From Amoebidium appalachense (lineage: Eukaryota; Protista; Ichthyosporea), in NCBI GenBank assembly GCA_963693365.1, contig CAVNZM010000001.1, positions 8,882,907-8,946,906 on the forward strand: a DNA stretch of 64,000 bases, written 5' to 3'. A program made the position numbers and the translations under genes. Within the stretch, counting starts at the first letter, position 1, and each line of letters starts with the position of its first letter. This document shows, one piece after another, positions 1 to 20,140 of the stretch. The notes below the pieces were generated by a model. It was not told the origin of the DNA. It saw only the letters and a program-made list of their open reading frames with translations, and searched no databases.

Positions 1-9564
<9,564 letters not shown>

Positions 9565-10172
9565 CCCTATCTGGGCCACGGTGTATACAACACTGTTACT
9601 CTTTTTGTTTTTTGTTTTTTGTTTTTTGTTTTTTGTTTTTTTATTTTTATCCTGTTTTGTTCCTACGGGGCCCCTCACAAAAATACCGCCTTTTACTATC
9701 TTAGGCACCAAGTGTACACTAGCTAGGGTGCTAATATCTGTCACCCTTTTGTTGGAGTTGCATTTTACTCTCGGGGGGGTGATATATCGGTTTGTTGGCT
9801 GTAGCCACGAAAAGTGTTGCATGGATTGGTTTTTGGTGCCGTGTGTGGGGAGCAGTTAGGCAGGGGGGGGGGGGGGGGGGGGGGGGGGAAGGGGGAAGGG
9901 GGGTTTGCCTATGGGTAGTCATCATCCTGGATTTTGACGTTACCTTTTTGCTTCTTGCTTTATTTGGCAGTGTCTTTGTGCATGTGTTTGGCAATGCAGT
10001 GCCATGAGCTCGAGAGTGATGTGTCGACATAGATTTACGTTTTTCGTGTGTTTTTTAAGGATTGTTTTGGTTGGGACGTGTGGTGGCTTTGCGTGTGTCT
10101 ACGTGTGTGTGTGTGGTGTGTGTGTGTGCGTGTGTGCGTGTGCGTGTGTGTGTGTGTGTGTGACACTGTGTT

Positions 10173-10203
<31 letters not shown>

Positions 10204-10222
10204 CGCGCATGTGCGTGTGTGT

Positions 10223-10287
<65 letters not shown>

Positions 10288-10856
10288 ATCGGGGGGGAGG
10301 GGAAGGGACGGGGGGGGGGGGGGGGGGGGGGGGGGGAGGGTATAGTGATTCTCTAGATGGCAAATATACCGAATGTTAAGTGCTTTTGAGCATGTACATA
10401 CATTTGTAGGATTCCCGTATGTTTAATTTGAAGGTTATGCCCAGCTAATTACAGCAGCCTTCACACTGTTTGCATCCATGACTCTCAACCAGATTAAATG
10501 TTAAGACTTCCGAACCCGTGGCCCCAGCCCAGCGCCAAATATATGCTTTGCGTAAATAGAAGAGGTAACAATAAAAAAGAAACAACCCACATCGGGATTC
10601 GAATTGACCAAATTGCAAAAACGTGTTTCTGACCACGGGCTAGTAACCATGTACGTATTCCTCCGGGCCCTTTCAAAAATATTACATATATGCTAAGGGT
10701 TTCCCAGCCTAAAGACCGGCCTGTATAAATGGATGTCGCAAATGAATATATCAGACTGGGCTTCATTGTGTGCAATTGCAGGCTTTCCGACATCCCCCTG
10801 TATGCATGTGTTTGTGCACGGCTGTGTGCATGTGGATGTGCATGTGTGTGTGTGTG

Positions 10857-10895
<39 letters not shown>

Positions 10896-10898
10896 ATG

Positions 10899-10941
<43 letters not shown>

Positions 10942-11115
10942 AATATTGTGCGTGTGTGTTTTTCCTGCGTTTATTATTTGTGTGTAAATATGTGCGCATG
11001 GGTCTTTGGTGGTTCGTGGTGTTTTTGTGTGAGAGGGAAGTTTGTGCATGTGTGTGTACATGTGAACGTTTGTGTCGACCACACTTAGGGGTGGGGATGA
11101 CTTATTGGTGGTGGT

Positions 11116-11166
<51 letters not shown>

Positions 11167-11705
11167 GATTGCCCAGATAGTCTTTTTATAGAGGGGTGCG
11201 GCACGTGCAAACTTGGGCCATGGTATTTGGCTATAAGAAATTTATTGCATCGGCACACAATTTCTGGTTTCTTGATCGATCACAATAGTACGGTCATTAT
11301 CTCTTGTGCTTGTTGGTTCTTACTCCACGTGTTCTTTTTCCTGTCGCAATGTTTAGGACTTATGCTGGTTATGTGCTCTTACGTATGACCGATATTCGTA
11401 TCCCTGGGACACTACGTTTTATCTTATAAAGCCAGCAATGCAGGTCTCCTTGTCACAAAAAAACTCTCCTTGTACATGTCGAAGAACTTTCACTGTACCA
11501 ATATCTTGTTTGTAAACATTATGTTCAACCCGACAGGTCATGCAGGTTTTATATAAATGTGTACGTACAAAAATAGGTAACCGTCACACAAAGTGATAAA
11601 AAAAACAGTAATCTTGTAAAAGGCATCCTCTATACCCTGCCCTGCAAAACATTTTCGGGAACTTAGGAATTATAACCTACTGTTTAGACATTCAAACCCT
11701 TATAG

Positions 11706-12830
11706 TTAACTTATATCGGGCAATCTAAGAAAACGCCGTACTTTTGTGATGCCCAAATTTGACTGGTGCGCAATTATATCTCGGATCAGAATTTCGAAAT
11801 ATTGCCTCCTCCTCTCGACAACCTCCGGCCGATACCTGCATGGACCGGAACACATCGTTATTAGTGAATTCATTACACACCCACAATTTTGCTAATTTAT
11901 AATTCATTACACATAACACATATAAAACATTACACATATAATTCATTTTGAAAAAACCATTGAGCTCTAGGTTACACCACTGAGAATACACACAAAAAAA
12001 TAATGCAACAGGTACATACGGTAACCAATTGCATCACAGGGGTCGTATAATTATCTGAAACTCTATGATTCTTCTTGTAAAACAAACACACCTCTCTCTC
12101 CACCTCCCCCCCCCCCCCCCCCCTCCCATTCTCCCCTCCCCCCCCCCCCCCCCCCCCCGGTGCCGGCCTACATTACCACTACACGCACACACGTACACGC
12201 ACACGCACACACACACACAAAAACCTTCCTTAACAGCACTCACTCACACCCACCAAGCAAATACCTCCCACCACACACGATGATAAATCCCGTGTTGCCT
12301 ATAACTATATCATGCCCATCCTCTTCTCAGCCATACATCCTTTACACCTAACATAGCTTTAGAAATGCAACGTAAAGCCACCCCCCCCCCCCCCCCCCCC
12401 CCCCCCCCTTTTTTCCTGCGCCGTTTTTGCCTCACCCTTGGCCCCCCCTCCCCCCCCCCTTCCCCCCCCCCCCTTCCCCATTGTTACATTGTTATGCAAC
12501 ACCCCTTCCCCCCCCCCCCCCTCCGCACGGGAAATGTAAGTCTTCATGCATGCAACTTCTTTCCCCCCCCCCCCCCACCACCACCACCACCACCACCACC
12601 ACGTCCCTCCCTCCCCCCTCCCCCCCCCCCCCCCCCCCACACACACACCCATCCAAGCACAGAGACCGTAGCTCGAACTCTCTGATCCCGCCCTCCCCCT
12701 TCACCCCCCCCCCCCCCCCCCCACCTTTCCCCTCGCCCATCACCACCACAACCCACCACCATCACCCTTCCACACAAACCACCTCCCCGGCTCGTTCTCC
12801 CCCATTAACACCACCAACGAAGTATAACAG

Positions 12831-12912
<82 letters not shown>

Positions 12913-13213
12913 AAAAAAAAGAAGAAGGTGACAGTTGGCTTAAGCATATACCCTACAGGAAAGTGATCCCTTTTAAGAGCTGCAGCCCAGTACTACAGCT
13001 GTCTCAGGCAACGACCAGGGGCTGCAAAATGGAGGGCGAGGGGGGGAGGGAGGAGGGGGGGGAGGAGGGGGGTAGGGGAGGGGGGGGGGGGGGGGGGAGA
13101 GGGGGGAAGTGGGTGAGGAGAGAGAACCTGAGGCAGAAAAGAACGGAGAGGAGGGGGGGGGAGGGAGATCGTGAGGGGGGGAAGAAGAGGGACAGGTGAC
13201 GAGAAGAGGGTAT

Positions 13214-13244
<31 letters not shown>

Positions 13245-13554
13245 AGGCCCGGTGGGGTAAATTCCAACATCACAAAGAAATCACGAAAACTTGCACCCAC
13301 CTTCCAAAGTAATTCTTCGGGGGGAAACTTCTGCTCTGAGGGTCGCTTAAAGAAATAAAAGCACTGGTGGCCTTAAAAAACGCCAGCATCTCGCTGTATC
13401 TAACCAACATGTGCAGATCACTCCCCTCTGCCCTGTACGCTATTCTATACATCGTGGGCTTGCCCCCCTCGACCTCTACGCTGACCCGGTTGGGTGGGGA
13501 GAGTGACTCTCGAAAGCTGCCATGACGGGTTGGCGACCAACTCATTTCCAAAAC
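11706..13554 (-). CDS. Small PX (Phox homology) domain protein, at least two exons
   Basis: Exons 13554-13301 (ATG at 13545) and 11835-11706 join in phase 2 to give ...HMLVRYSEMLAFFK...SFPPKNYFGR|YRPEVVERRRQYFEILIRDIIAHQSNLGITKVRRFLRLPDIS*. The RYSE, FPPK, ERRR and terminal FL motifs are PX hallmarks. Further 5' exons (e.g. ~13780-13815) are possible. Confidence 0.75.
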
Positions 13555-14027
13555 CTGAGGATAGGGCGAATGAAGAAAGGAGAGAGTCATAATCAGCACA
13601 CACGAGGCGGCGGGAGGGGCGGGGGGGGGAGGGGGGGGGGGAGGGGGGAGGGGGGCGGAGCAGGGAAAGAACAGCCAATGACCGTAAAAAAGCCCAATTC
13701 CCCCACAACCTATCCATAAGTCCTTCCGCTTCCTCCCCCCCCCCCTCCCCCTCCCCCCCCTTCTTTCTTTCCCCCTCACCCTCCTGTCATGCAACAAGCT
13801 CTTCCCGTGGCTGCTGCATAAGCAGGTAAAAAAGGGAACCGGCCAGAACAGGCGTGAGAATGTTTCGTAGACGTGTATTGCACATTAGGGAAGGGGATGC
13901 AGGGGGGAGGGGGGGGGGGGGGGGGAGGTACTTGTGAGCGTGTGTTTGTGGTGGTGATGGTGGGGTGAGGGGGCAGGGGGGGGGGGGGGGGGGGGGGGGG
14001 AGGGGGCGGAGATGGGGGGGAGGGGAG

Positions 14028-14066
<39 letters not shown>

Positions 14067-14730
14067 CTTGCAACGTGTATATGTGCAACGGTGCATGTCA
14101 CGCTGTGCTATGCAAATGCACGTGTGAAATAATGTGCGTGTGAACGTGCATGCGTGTCGCTGTGTGCGTGTGTGCACGTACACGTTTGTGCCTCTATAAA
14201 GGAGCAGAGAAATCTCGACAAAACATTGAGCCCCGTCATACCTGAAAACTGACCGAAGTAGCGTCGGACCTCACTTATTCTAACGTTGCAAGACCCCTCC
14301 GATTGCCCAACACACGGACAGCTTGTATTCCTCCTATCTCCACTCGGTAACACAGGGAAATTGTGCATACGTATACTACTGTATACTACTGCTTGGTTAC
14401 CAATATAGCTTAGGTTCGGTATTGCAGGCTGATCTTGCGAAGTTGTATAGCTGTGCAAACGCAAACGTAGGGCTACCGTAATTTAGCAGAGGAATGTGAT
14501 GAATAGTCGTACGTGACTTTGTGATGTTCAGACAACTGAGACAAGGTTCGGTTTATATACTCGGCACAGGCAGCGAGACACCAATTAGAATTAGGTATAA
14601 AGCAGGGCAGAAAAATGATCTTTTGGAAAAGCGGTGGGAAAAGACACTGCACAAAATTCCCTATCATAGGTGCTCGATTTCATGGCAAGCTTCAAAATAG
14701 TTGGCCCCGGTTGAATATTACCACAACATC

Positions 14731-14783
<53 letters not shown>

Positions 14784-16087
14784 TTACCTCATACTGGTTT
14801 ATTTATCTACCCTTCTATATACAAATATTAAACTGCTTCTTCCGAAGATAGAGACGGAGTTACTGCTGTTGTTTTACACACCTCTGAGCCAATTCGATCT
14901 GGTTGGCTCCAAAAATAGGAAGTTGGGATCAACCAATAAAACGTCATGTAGCGCAACGAACAAAAAAAACTTGACACACAGTAAAGGTTGGCTTACTGTA
15001 CAAATGGGAGGAATTGGGAGCTCATATAGTTAGGGCAAACAGAATGGTTGACGATTACGGTAATACATGTTTTTTTTTGTTTTTTGTGGGGGGGGGGGGG
15101 GGGGGAGGGGAGGGGGGGGGGGGGAGAGGGGGGGGGAGGGGAGGGGAGGGGGGAGGGGGGAGGGGGGGGGGGAGGGGGGGGGGGGGAGGGGGAGGGGGGG
15201 CGAAGGGAGGGGTTGATGGGATGTACCAATGTACCATGGTACCATTTCACGGTGTAATTTGACACACCCGTGCACAAGCACACAGGTGCACCTACGTAAG
15301 TATGCACAAGCACACACACACACACATACACGAAGAAACTGCACCGGCACATCGATACAAACACACGTGCACACACCACACACCTAAACAAGCACATGCA
15401 CACACGTGGGCGCTCACTCACACATACATACACGCACACCGTCACACACACATGTACGTATGCAGTGTCACACAGTCCCACATACACGTGTACACACACA
15501 GTGCACGTACACCATGAGACACATCTTGACACACATACCCCCCCCCCCCCCCCCTACCATTGCCCCCCCCCCCCCCCCCCCCCCCCCCCCGAGAGGTTTC
15601 TACTGAGTGGTGTGGTAGATGCGTGTGAGACTGCAGCTGGGCCGGCAAACTTGAATGAATACACATGGCTATGTGTGTGCATGCATAGTGACAGACGGTG
15701 TGTATAAATGGTTGTCTTTTTTTGGTTTTTTGGTGCCACACTAGAAGAATGTATCTTTTTCAAAAAAAAAAAATAATTGAAAGTTGTTGGTGAATCAACC
15801 GTTGAACGGTTTCGTCGTGTTTCGGCTTTTTGGTGAGTTCTTCTCAAGTTTTTGGGCTGGCGCAGCCGCTGGCTTGTGTAGGATTTTCAAGAAAGAAGAA
15901 CATACACATAATTATTTTTTTATTTCTACTGCATACAGCACCACCGGGCGCACAAAACGTCACGGAGTACTAATAGCGCTGATCAGGCAGGAACCTCTCA
16001 AAGTGTCTAAGATCAGAAATGGCAAAAATTAACTTCACTTCTCTGAAACAGGCACCATTAACATCGCCATAGCATCCAGCCAGGCCG

Positions 16088-16852
16088 TGTTGGACATTGT
16101 GTTCATAGAAGCTAATTCTAGTGCACGTTGTTCCTTCTGTAAGTCAGAAATGATTGCATCTTGTGAGGCCAACCTCTGCTCCAGTAGTTGGACTAGTTGC
16201 TGCAACTGTAAGTTGTCAGACATAGTGTCGTGTATGATGGGTAACTAGTCTATGTGTTTTGTGCACTGGAAACGACAGTAGAAAAGTGTAAATCAAACGT
16301 TCTGCTTCCCATGTTTGTGACATGGGAGGCACTGCTTTATATAGTCGTTGGCCACCTCATGGTGGCCTCGTGTGCACCCTGGTGGTGGGCCATGTACAGC
16401 ATGGCCGAAAAGAGAGCACAATGAAAACAAGTCGTTAAAGATATAAAAGTTAACTGTGCACGTTGAGTGGCTAGTTAACTTGCACTAAAGCACACAAATA
16501 AACGTGTTTAACACACCAATTGCAGTTAAACGTAAATCTTGCTTCACACAACTAAAAATATTCTGAGAATATCCGGGAATAAAGCACACTACCACTCTAA
16601 GAATAGAATCCTGTGGCAAATATAGACATGACATCATCTGAACCGGGAATATTAATTAATGAGCACAATTAGCACGTTGCTAGTGAAGCTCGTCATTGGT
16701 ACAGTTTTGGCTCAAACATATAACTACCATATATGAATATGACCGTAAACAAAAGCTCTATGCACTCGAGTGAGTGTTGAAACAGTTATTCAATTGCTCA
16801 GAAACTTTCTCTAACAGACATTGCTAGCCGGGAGTACCAGTGTACTCCAACA
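16088..16852 (-). repeat. 3' LTR of the Copia element
   Basis: Identical by eye to 19376-20140 except for one A/G difference (16115 vs 19403). Confidence 0.97.
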
Positions 16853-16860
16853 CCCCTACT
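16853..16860 (-). promoter_or_regulatory. Polypurine tract candidate
   Basis: Minus strand AGTAGGGG abuts the 3' LTR; a longer purine run (G-run followed by AGAGAG) lies at ~16988-17002. Confidence 0.55.
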
Positions 16861-17037
16861 CAATTGGATAATTGTGGTATGAATTAATGCAACTGAGCTC
16901 GAGTGCTTCAGGTGCACAAAATACAGACAATAAAGATTCCCCTACTCAATTTTAGTATGGTACACGTAGTTGCACAGTCGGATGCAACTCTCTCCCCCCC
17001 CTGAAGTATGAGGGCGCAGTTGGTTGATGACGGGTGC

Positions 17038-19272
17038 TCAGCACATGTTGAGCATCCCCACGGCCTTGGTGAAGAAAGAGGCAGACAGGGCCTTGGTGAA
17101 CATGTCGGCCTTGTTGTCAGCAGAAGCCACCGGGACCACAGTGATGTTGCCCAGCAGGTGATGTTCCTTGACGGAGCAGTAGCGGACGTCGATGTGCTTG
17201 GTCTTGGGCTTAACCCCCAGGGTGTCCAGCAGGGCCCGGGCAGACTCATTGTCCCCATGGATGGGCACCGGGGTGGGCTCATTGATAGGATTAAGGCCCA
17301 GGTCGTCCATCACATAGTTGAGCCATAGGGCCTCGTTCGTAGCAGCAGACATGGCCACAAATTCAGCCTCAGTGGAGCTGTGGGTGGTGATGGACTGGAG
17401 CCGAGACACCCAGGACACAGGGGAGGAGTTTATGAAGAAGACATAGCCCGTGGTGGAGCGCCGGGTGTCGCGGTCCTCGGCGTAGTCGGAGTCGGAGTAG
17501 CCAACAAGGTTGGGGGGGCCGGGACGGTAGACAATACCCAGGTCGATGGTGGCCAGCAGGTAGCTTACAACTCTGGTAGCCATAGTCCAGTGGGTGACGG
17601 TGGGCGCATGAATGTGTCGAGTAAGGACTCCCAGAGCCTGGGAAATGTCGGGGCGGGTGGTACGCGCAATCCACAGCAGGGCACCGACCAGGCTGGCATA
17701 GTCCTCCTTCTTGCTGTAGGCTGGGGTCTTGTTGCTTTCACTGGCCTGGCCCGGGACGATGGGGGTCTTGGTGCCGGACATGTGGGTGAGACGAAAACGG
17801 GCAGCCAAGTCGATGATGTGTTGACGATGGCCCAGACGCAGAGACCCGTCCTCCAGCCAGGTAAGAGTGTGCCCGATGAGCAGGGTAGGACGACCCAGGT
17901 CCTTGGCAGAGAAACGAGCATCCAGCTTGGTGAAAAAATCGTCGATGAGCGCATCAGTGGCGGCCGTCACGGTGAAGTCATCCACGTAGGCAGCAAGGGC
18001 AATAAATGTTGGGGTCCCGGCATTCTTGATGAACAGGCACGGGTCAGCAGCACTCACAATGAAGCCTTGGTCGAGGAGATGGTCACGGAGGGCCTCATAC
18101 CACTGGCGCGGTGCCTGTTTTAGGCCGTAGAGCGCCTTGTGGAGCAAGCCGACAGCATGGGGGGCCGAGGGGTTGACGAAGCCAGGGGGCTGCTCAATGT
18201 AGATGGTCTCGTTGACGGTGCCGTTGAGGAATGCTGTGTTGACGTCGATGTGGCGCAGAGGCAGACCTTGGGCCACGGAGGTAGCCAAAACCAGCCGGAT
18301 GGTAGCCAGCGCAGCCACAGGTGACTCGGTGACGAAATAGTCCTGGCCAGGCTGCTGGTAGTTGCCCCGGGCCACAAGCCGGGCCTTGAAAGCAGTGACG
18401 TTGCCGACGTTGTCCTGCTTGACCGTAAAGACCCAGCCGACCGGAATGACAGTGGAGCCATCCTCTGGACGGGGCACAAGGGTGAAGGTGCCGTTGTCTT
18501 CCAGGGCCTTGAGCTCACGGTGTGCAGCCTCCTCCCATTTCAGACGCTGGGGACTCTTGAGTGCAGCCCGGACAGTCTTGGGGACAACAATGGTGGAAGC
18601 CTTGATGGGTGTTGATGCAGGAGCCGTAGCCTGGGGGGCAAGGGGGGCCGTAGCAGCAGCCACGTTGGCAGTCGGGCCTCGACGTTGGTCGTTGTACACA
18701 GCGCCACTACGGGTCGTCCGGGGGAGCCGATGTGCAGGCTCGGGCAGGATCGGAATGTCCAATTGATCACTCGGCGCTGTCCCATTGGCTGACAGACGAG
18801 ACGAATCAGATTGCTGATCATTCCGGACGATGTGATTGGCTGGCTGATTTGACGAATCAGATGACTCCAAAAAATGATGAATTGCCGGTGCGGTCGACCA
18901 ATCAGATGGGACATCACGGAGGGGGTGCAGAATAGCAGCCTCGTCGAACTGCACGTCACGGCTGACGGTCATCTTGTGTGCTGCTGGAATCCAGACCTTG
19001 TAGCCCTTGATGTTAGGAGGGTAGCCCACGAAGATGCCCTTGACGGCACGAGGCGCCAGTTTCGGTGTATCCTGTTGATGGACGTAGCAGGGAGAGCCCC
19101 AGACACGGAGCCGGCTGTAGTCGGGAGGAATGCCGGTCCACAGCAGGGCGGGAGACGATTGGCTGCCGGTGGCTCGCGACGGGAGCATGTTGCGTATAAA
19201 AGCCGCGGTCACAGCTGCCTCGGCCCAGAATCCCACCGGAAGGCCGGACTGCTGCAGGAGTGCCCGAACCAT
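17038..19272 (-). CDS. Truncated Copia pol: integrase C-terminal half, reverse transcriptase and RNase H
   Basis: Upstream in-frame PQQNGTAERLNRT (integrase catalytic E); FWAEA, VGY..IKGY; RT motifs FKARLVARG, DVNTAFL, LYGLKQAPR, YVDD; RNase H motifs YSDSDYA, STEAE, KHIDVR. Confidence 0.95.
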   Translation of the reverse strand: MVRALLQQSGLPVGFWAEAAVTAAFIRNMLPSRATGSQSSPALLWTGIPPDYSRLRVWGSPCYVHQQDTPKLAPRAVKGIFVGYPPNIKGYKVWIPAAHKMTVSRDVQFDEAAILHPLRDVPSDWSTAPAIHHFLESSDSSNQPANHIVRNDQQSDSSRLSANGTAPSDQLDIPILPEPAHRLPRTTRSGAVYNDQRRGPTANVAAATAPLAPQATAPASTPIKASTIVVPKTVRAALKSPQRLKWEEAAHRELKALEDNGTFTLVPRPEDGSTVIPVGWVFTVKQDNVGNVTAFKARLVARGNYQQPGQDYFVTESPVAALATIRLVLATSVAQGLPLRHIDVNTAFLNGTVNETIYIEQPPGFVNPSAPHAVGLLHKALYGLKQAPRQWYEALRDHLLDQGFIVSAADPCLFIKNAGTPTFIALAAYVDDFTVTAATDALIDDFFTKLDARFSAKDLGRPTLLIGHTLTWLEDGSLRLGHRQHIIDLAARFRLTHMSGTKTPIVPGQASESNKTPAYSKKEDYASLVGALLWIARTTRPDISQALGVLTRHIHAPTVTHWTMATRVVSYLLATIDLGIVYRPGPPNLVGYSDSDYAEDRDTRRSTTGYVFFINSSPVSWVSRLQSITTHSSTEAEFVAMSAATNEALWLNYVMDDLGLNPINEPTPVPIHGDNESARALLDTLGVKPKTKHIDVRYCSVKEHHLLGNITVVPVASADNKADMFTKALSASFFTKAVGMLNMC

Positions 19273-19289
19273 GTCGAGGAGGGTCCGGT

Positions 19290-19511
19290 TCAGTCGTTCG
19301 GCAGTCCCATTCTGTTGAGGAGAGCCGGTGGTAGTGATCTGATGGCGAAGTGGAAGCGTGCTGGGCCCATAACCCTGTTGGACATTGTGTTCATAGAAGC
19401 TAGTTCTAGTGCACGTTGTTCCTTCTGTAAGTCAGAAATGATTGCATCTTGTGAGGCCAACCTCTGCTCCAGTAGTTGGACTAGTTGCTGCAACTGTAAG
19501 TTGTCAGACAT
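19290..19511 (-). pseudogene. Probable gag N-terminus starting inside the LTR, cut by the internal deletion
   Basis: ATG at 19511 lies ~110 nt downstream of the LTR TATA. The coiled-coil-like MSDNLQLQQLVQLLEQRLASQD... reads through the PBS (RVMGP) and stops out of frame in integrase sequence. Confidence 0.6.
19343..19375 (-). promoter_or_regulatory. Primer-binding site complementary to the 5' half of initiator tRNA-Met (half-tRNA priming)
   Basis: Minus strand GGTTATGGGCCCAG is the copia-type internal tRNAiMet PBS. Plus strand TGGCGaAGTGGAAGCGTGCTGGGCCCATAACCC matches the recalled animal tRNAiMet nt 8-40. Confidence 0.9.
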
Positions 19512-20140
19512 AGTGTCGTGTATGATGGGTAACTAGTCTATGTGTTTTGTGCACTGGAAACGACAGTAGAAAAGTGTAAATCAAACGTTCTGCTTCCCAT
19601 GTTTGTGACATGGGAGGCACTGCTTTATATAGTCGTTGGCCACCTCATGGTGGCCTCGTGTGCACCCTGGTGGTGGGCCATGTACAGCATGGCCGAAAAG
19701 AGAGCACAATGAAAACAAGTCGTTAAAGATATAAAAGTTAACTGTGCACGTTGAGTGGCTAGTTAACTTGCACTAAAGCACACAAATAAACGTGTTTAAC
19801 ACACCAATTGCAGTTAAACGTAAATCTTGCTTCACACAACTAAAAATATTCTGAGAATATCCGGGAATAAAGCACACTACCACTCTAAGAATAGAATCCT
19901 GTGGCAAATATAGACATGACATCATCTGAACCGGGAATATTAATTAATGAGCACAATTAGCACGTTGCTAGTGAAGCTCGTCATTGGTACAGTTTTGGCT
20001 CAAACATATAACTACCATATATGAATATGACCGTAAACAAAAGCTCTATGCACTCGAGTGAGTGTTGAAACAGTTATTCAATTGCTCAGAAACTTTCTCT
20101 AACAGACATTGCTAGCCGGGAGTACCAGTGTACTCCAACA
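19376..20140 (-). repeat. 5' LTR of the Copia element
   Basis: 765 bp with TG...CA ends; minus-strand TATATAAAG at ~19623-19631; followed directly by the PBS on the minus strand. Confidence 0.97.

Larger units (their letters stand above)
16088..20140 (-). mobile_element. Ty1/Copia LTR retrotransposon, internally deleted (most of gag, the protease and the integrase N-terminus are missing)
   Basis: Two 765-bp LTRs (TGTTGGA...TCCAACA), a 5-bp TSD GGCCG (16083-16087 and 20141-20145), PBS next to the right LTR, PPT next to the left LTR, and domain order IN-RT-RNase H. Confidence 0.97.

Noticed and set aside
12975-13021. Possible alternative terminal exon of the PX gene (SPWSLPETAVVLGCSS*)
   Set aside because: It would truncate the PX fold; the exon at 11835-11706 completes the domain, and nothing else supports this one.
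17380-19536. Plus-strand ORFs (247 aa, 220 aa and others) over the Copia interior
   Set aside because: Antisense shadows of the GC-rich pol frame with no recognisable motifs.
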